Assembly (NCBI GenBank): GCA_964583985.1
Contig: CAZOYD010000097.1
Coordinates: forward strand, 1-10,159
Direction: 5' to 3'
DNA: 10,159 nt
Source: an uncultured archaeon
GTDB taxonomy: Archaea; Asgardarchaeota; Lokiarchaeia; Sigyniarchaeales; SOKP01
The translations under genes and the position numbers were made by a program. Positions 8,071 to 10,159 of this stretch are shown here, one piece after another. The notes beneath the pieces were generated by a model. It worked only from the letters and a program-made list of their open reading frames with translations, searched no databases and had not been told where the DNA came from. Each line of letters starts with the position of its first letter. Positions within the stretch are counted from its first letter, which is position 1.

Positions 8071-8844
8071 TTAATCAATGCGCCTTCCAAAACTTCTATA
8101 AATGCAGTAAGCGGCGATCATACCAAGTGGAAGGTTGATATAGAAATGGATAGGACGATAATCTTCACTAAAAATTGACGCATTATATAATACGATTAAA
8201 CTAATGACTGCAAATTCCAAAAATGAGGAAATCAAAAAAAGTTTTATCCTGATAACCACTTTGCTTCCCTTAAAAATTTTAACTAATCGAAACGCCATGA
8301 TAAATTCGGGTAACATAAAAAGGAATCCGATAAACATCCAATTTATTATCGCAAATTGAGCGGAAAATATGGGCGTCCATCCCGTCGTCTCATCATACTG
8401 AATCCCATGATTAAAAATTGCATCCCAAATTATACCGGTTATTAATATGCCATAAAAAATCATGAATATAATATACTTTTTTAAAGCTACATGTTCCTTA
8501 ATTTGGATTAATAACCACGCAAATAAAATGAAAAAAAAATGCGAATACAATAATAAAAACCAAGTAATCATGTAAAAAGAATAGGAAAAAGGAGTATTAA
8601 CCGTGAAGATTGAAATAAAGGCAAAGAAATACGCGGATGCAAGCATCAAAAAAAAAGTGCTCAATGTGATAGTGGAACGATTTTTTGCCCGTTTCAATAA
8701 CATGTAGGCAAAAAGCGAGAGATAAATGATAGGCCAGCTTTGCCCTATAGAAACGAGAATAATTCTCTGTTGGAAGAGATTTAGAAATATCATTTCTTTT
8801 TGAATGGACTGTTCTATAATTCTAGTCTTTATACGTAAGATCAA
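8071..8844 (-). CDS. Stand-alone 7-TM membrane protein (receptor-like). Start may be the ATG at 8793.
   Basis: Seven hydrophobic segments of about 20 aa, basic loop KRAKNR after TM1, loop GIQYDETTGWTPIFS, no cytoplasmic output domain. Confidence 0.82.
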   Translation of the reverse strand: MILRIKTRIIEQSIQKEMIFLNLFQQRIILVSIGQSWPIIYLSLFAYMLLKRAKNRSTITLSTFFLMLASAYFFAFISIFTVNTPFSYSFYMITWFLLLYSHFFFILFAWLLIQIKEHVALKKYIIFMIFYGILITGIIWDAIFNHGIQYDETTGWTPIFSAQFAIINWMFIGFLFMLPEFIMAFRLVKIFKGSKVVIRIKLFLISSFLEFAVISLIVLYNASIFSEDYRPIHFYINLPLGMIAAYCIYRSFGRRID

Positions 8845-8871
8845 TCTTAGTATTTTATATACATTTTGATT

Positions 8872-9435
8872 CTAAAATGTAAACATTTCAGACTTTAACA
8901 TTTCATTTCTATAATATTGCCAAATCAATTCTTCTAATTTTTTATGAAATCGCTTGTGCTTTAGATTGCTGGACGAAGTTGTACTAATTAACTCATTTAC
9001 GGCATTAATAATTGTTTCCGTATAAACTTTAATTTTCTCTCGATATTTTTCCATGTCTTTAAAATTGCTTAAATTTTCTCGTAGAAGTTCGGTAACTATC
9101 TTTTTAGTATCACTCAAGGTTGGCATGATTAATTTCTCATATTCTAATCTTACTTTTTTTTTAACATGAATAGTGACTTGATTTTTTCCTTTCTCTTCTG
9201 TGTTTTTTTTTTTTATCAATCCTTTTTTACTTAATGTATTAATATAATCATAGGCTTTAGTTCTACTCTTATGTGTGAACCGTAAATCGATGATGGATTT
9301 TAAATAGGATAATTTTTTGCCTTCATTAGCTAAAATGATTAGAAATACTTGAAATTCTCTTGAAGAAAGTGAATTAATGTCGAAATTAGGTCTTATGCTT
9401 TCAATATTTTCATTCATAATGAAATAATTATTCAA
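8872..9435 (-). CDS. Winged-helix DNA-binding protein (TrmB/MarR-like N-terminus, helical C-terminus). Likely start is the ATG at 9417.
   Basis: LSSREFQVFLIIL ... SRTKAYDYINTLSKKGLI followed by a basic wing, resembling the TrmB-type recognition helix. Confidence 0.75.
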   Translation of the reverse strand: MNNYFIMNENIESIRPNFDINSLSSREFQVFLIILANEGKKLSYLKSIIDLRFTHKSRTKAYDYINTLSKKGLIKKKNTEEKGKNQVTIHVKKKVRLEYEKLIMPTLSDTKKIVTELLRENLSNFKDMEKYREKIKVYTETIINAVNELISTTSSSNLKHKRFHKKLEELIWQYYRNEMLKSEMFTF

Positions 9436-9620
9436 AAAAAGAGCGTTTTTAGGCTTTTTTATTTTTTTTCTATTTTTTATTTTTTTAATATTAATGTTAT
9501 TAAAGTTATATATATATTTTGTAAATTTGCAAACTAAAGATAATGTTCAGAATTTAAAAATTCATAAAATTGTCTTTTCGAATCATGAAATCCGTTCATT
9601 TCTCTTTTTTTATCCTAAAA

Positions 9621-9646
9621 TGAGGACAATTTTAAACATGTCCTCA
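9621..9646. promoter_or_regulatory. Inverted repeat TGAGGACA-N10-TGTCCTCA, copy 1 (operator or hairpin)
   Basis: Perfect 8-bp arms read directly; function inferred. Confidence 0.55.
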
Positions 9647-9823
9647 AAATGGGGGAATAAATTAGGCCTTTTTTATTTTTTATTTTTTTAATATTAATAT
9701 TATTAAATGTAAATATATATTTTGTAAATTTGCAAACTAAAGATAATGTTCAGAAGTTAAAAATTTATGAAATTAGCTTTTCGAATCATGAAATCCGTTC
9801 ATTTCTCTTTTTTTATCCTAAAA

Positions 9824-9849
9824 TGAGGACAATTTTAAACATGTCCTCA
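9824..9849. promoter_or_regulatory. Inverted repeat TGAGGACA-N10-TGTCCTCA, copy 2
   Basis: Identical to copy 1. Confidence 0.55.
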
Positions 9850-9946
9850 AAATGGGGGAATAAATTATAAATTTGACTTCACACATCATCTATTTGTATT
9901 AAGACAAGATCCAGGGTGGGGTTTTTTCAAAGGTAGCTTTTATAAG

Positions 9947-9980
9947 TTATTGGATAGTGTCTAATCACACTATCCAATAA
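9947..9980. repeat. Perfect inverted repeat with 14-bp arms and 6-bp spacer
   Basis: TTATTGGATAGTGT-CTAATC-ACACTATCCAATAA. Confidence 0.92.
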
Positions 9981-10159
9981 ATATCCTCTAACTTTCTTTT
10001 AGGAATATGCATTCCATTCTCATCTTTCCAATATTTAAAAGAATTTGTAAATGATTCCATGATAGAAACTTCATCAGGATACCCAAGGCTTATAACATGT
10101 GTTATCACGTATTTTTGAGGGATTTTGAGATACTTTTGAATTTTATCCTTATCGATATT
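9965..10159 (-). CDS. Nitroreductase family protein, 3' part only (runs off the window; not in the ORF track)
   Basis: Manual translation: NIDKDKIQKYLKIPQKYVITHVISLGYPDEVSIMESFTNSFKYWKDENGMHIPKRKLEDIYWIV*. L.IP...ISLGYP and H.PKR are typical nitroreductase C-terminal motifs. Confidence 0.85.
   Translation of the reverse strand, partial: NIDKDKIQKYLKIPQKYVITHVISLGYPDEVSIMESFTNSFKYWKDENGMHIPKRKLEDIYWIV

Larger units (their letters stand above)
9449..9867. repeat. Tandem direct duplication, 2 copies, 203-bp period (about 9449-9661 and 9662-9867)
   Basis: 9481-9664 aligns without gaps to 9684-9867 with 9 mismatches, all in the first half; 9574-9664 equals 9777-9867 exactly (91 bp). Both copies begin TTAGGC plus T-tracts. 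Confidence 0.97.

Noticed and set aside
7905-8090. 61-aa minus-strand ORF
   Set aside because: Antisense to the Fpg zinc finger.
8071-8844. Microbial rhodopsin or heliorhodopsin call for the 7TM protein
   Set aside because: No retinal-binding Lys motif in helix 7 and no RY.DW/RW.EY motif in helix 3.
9494-9691. 65-aa ORF in repeat copy 1
   Set aside because: The start codon is ATA in copy 2, there is no SD, and it crosses the repeat junction into T-tracts; likely a chance ORF.
9449-9867. CRISPR array interpretation of the repeats
   Set aside because: Only two long units with no unique spacers and no cas genes in the window.
9641-9927. Canonical ORB/oriC call from G-strings (9651-9655, 9854-9858, CCAGGGTGGGG at 9911-9921) and AT-rich DNA
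   Set aside because: No TTCCA..GGAAAC-type ORB core precedes the G-runs and no cdc6/orc1 gene is in the window; kept only as a weak alternative.

Overview
AT-rich (roughly 30% GC by eye), gene-dense window. GGTGA-type Shine-Dalgarno motifs, oligo-T tracts after genes, a stand-alone 7TM protein and lysine/isoleucine-rich orphans suggest an archaeon, plausibly an Asgard/Lokiarchaeia-type genome (inference only). Positions 119-8025 encode mostly catabolic enzymes: an enolase-superfamily protein with atypical catalytic residues, a membrane protein, an alpha/beta hydrolase, a serine-racemase-like PLP enzyme, a CocE/NonD hydrolase coupled to a small orphan, an AKR-like barrel and Fpg/MutM. A winged-helix gene and a 7TM gene follow on the minus strand. 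The most unusual part is 9449-9980: a diverged tandem duplication with a 203-bp period, each copy carrying a TATA-like tract and a TGAGGACA-N10-TGTCCTCA palindrome, then a perfect 14-6-14 inverted repeat that overlaps the stop of a partial nitroreductase gene missing from the ORF track. Two genes seem to have conserved N-termini reachable only from ATT/ATA starts placed 6 nt after SD-like motifs.
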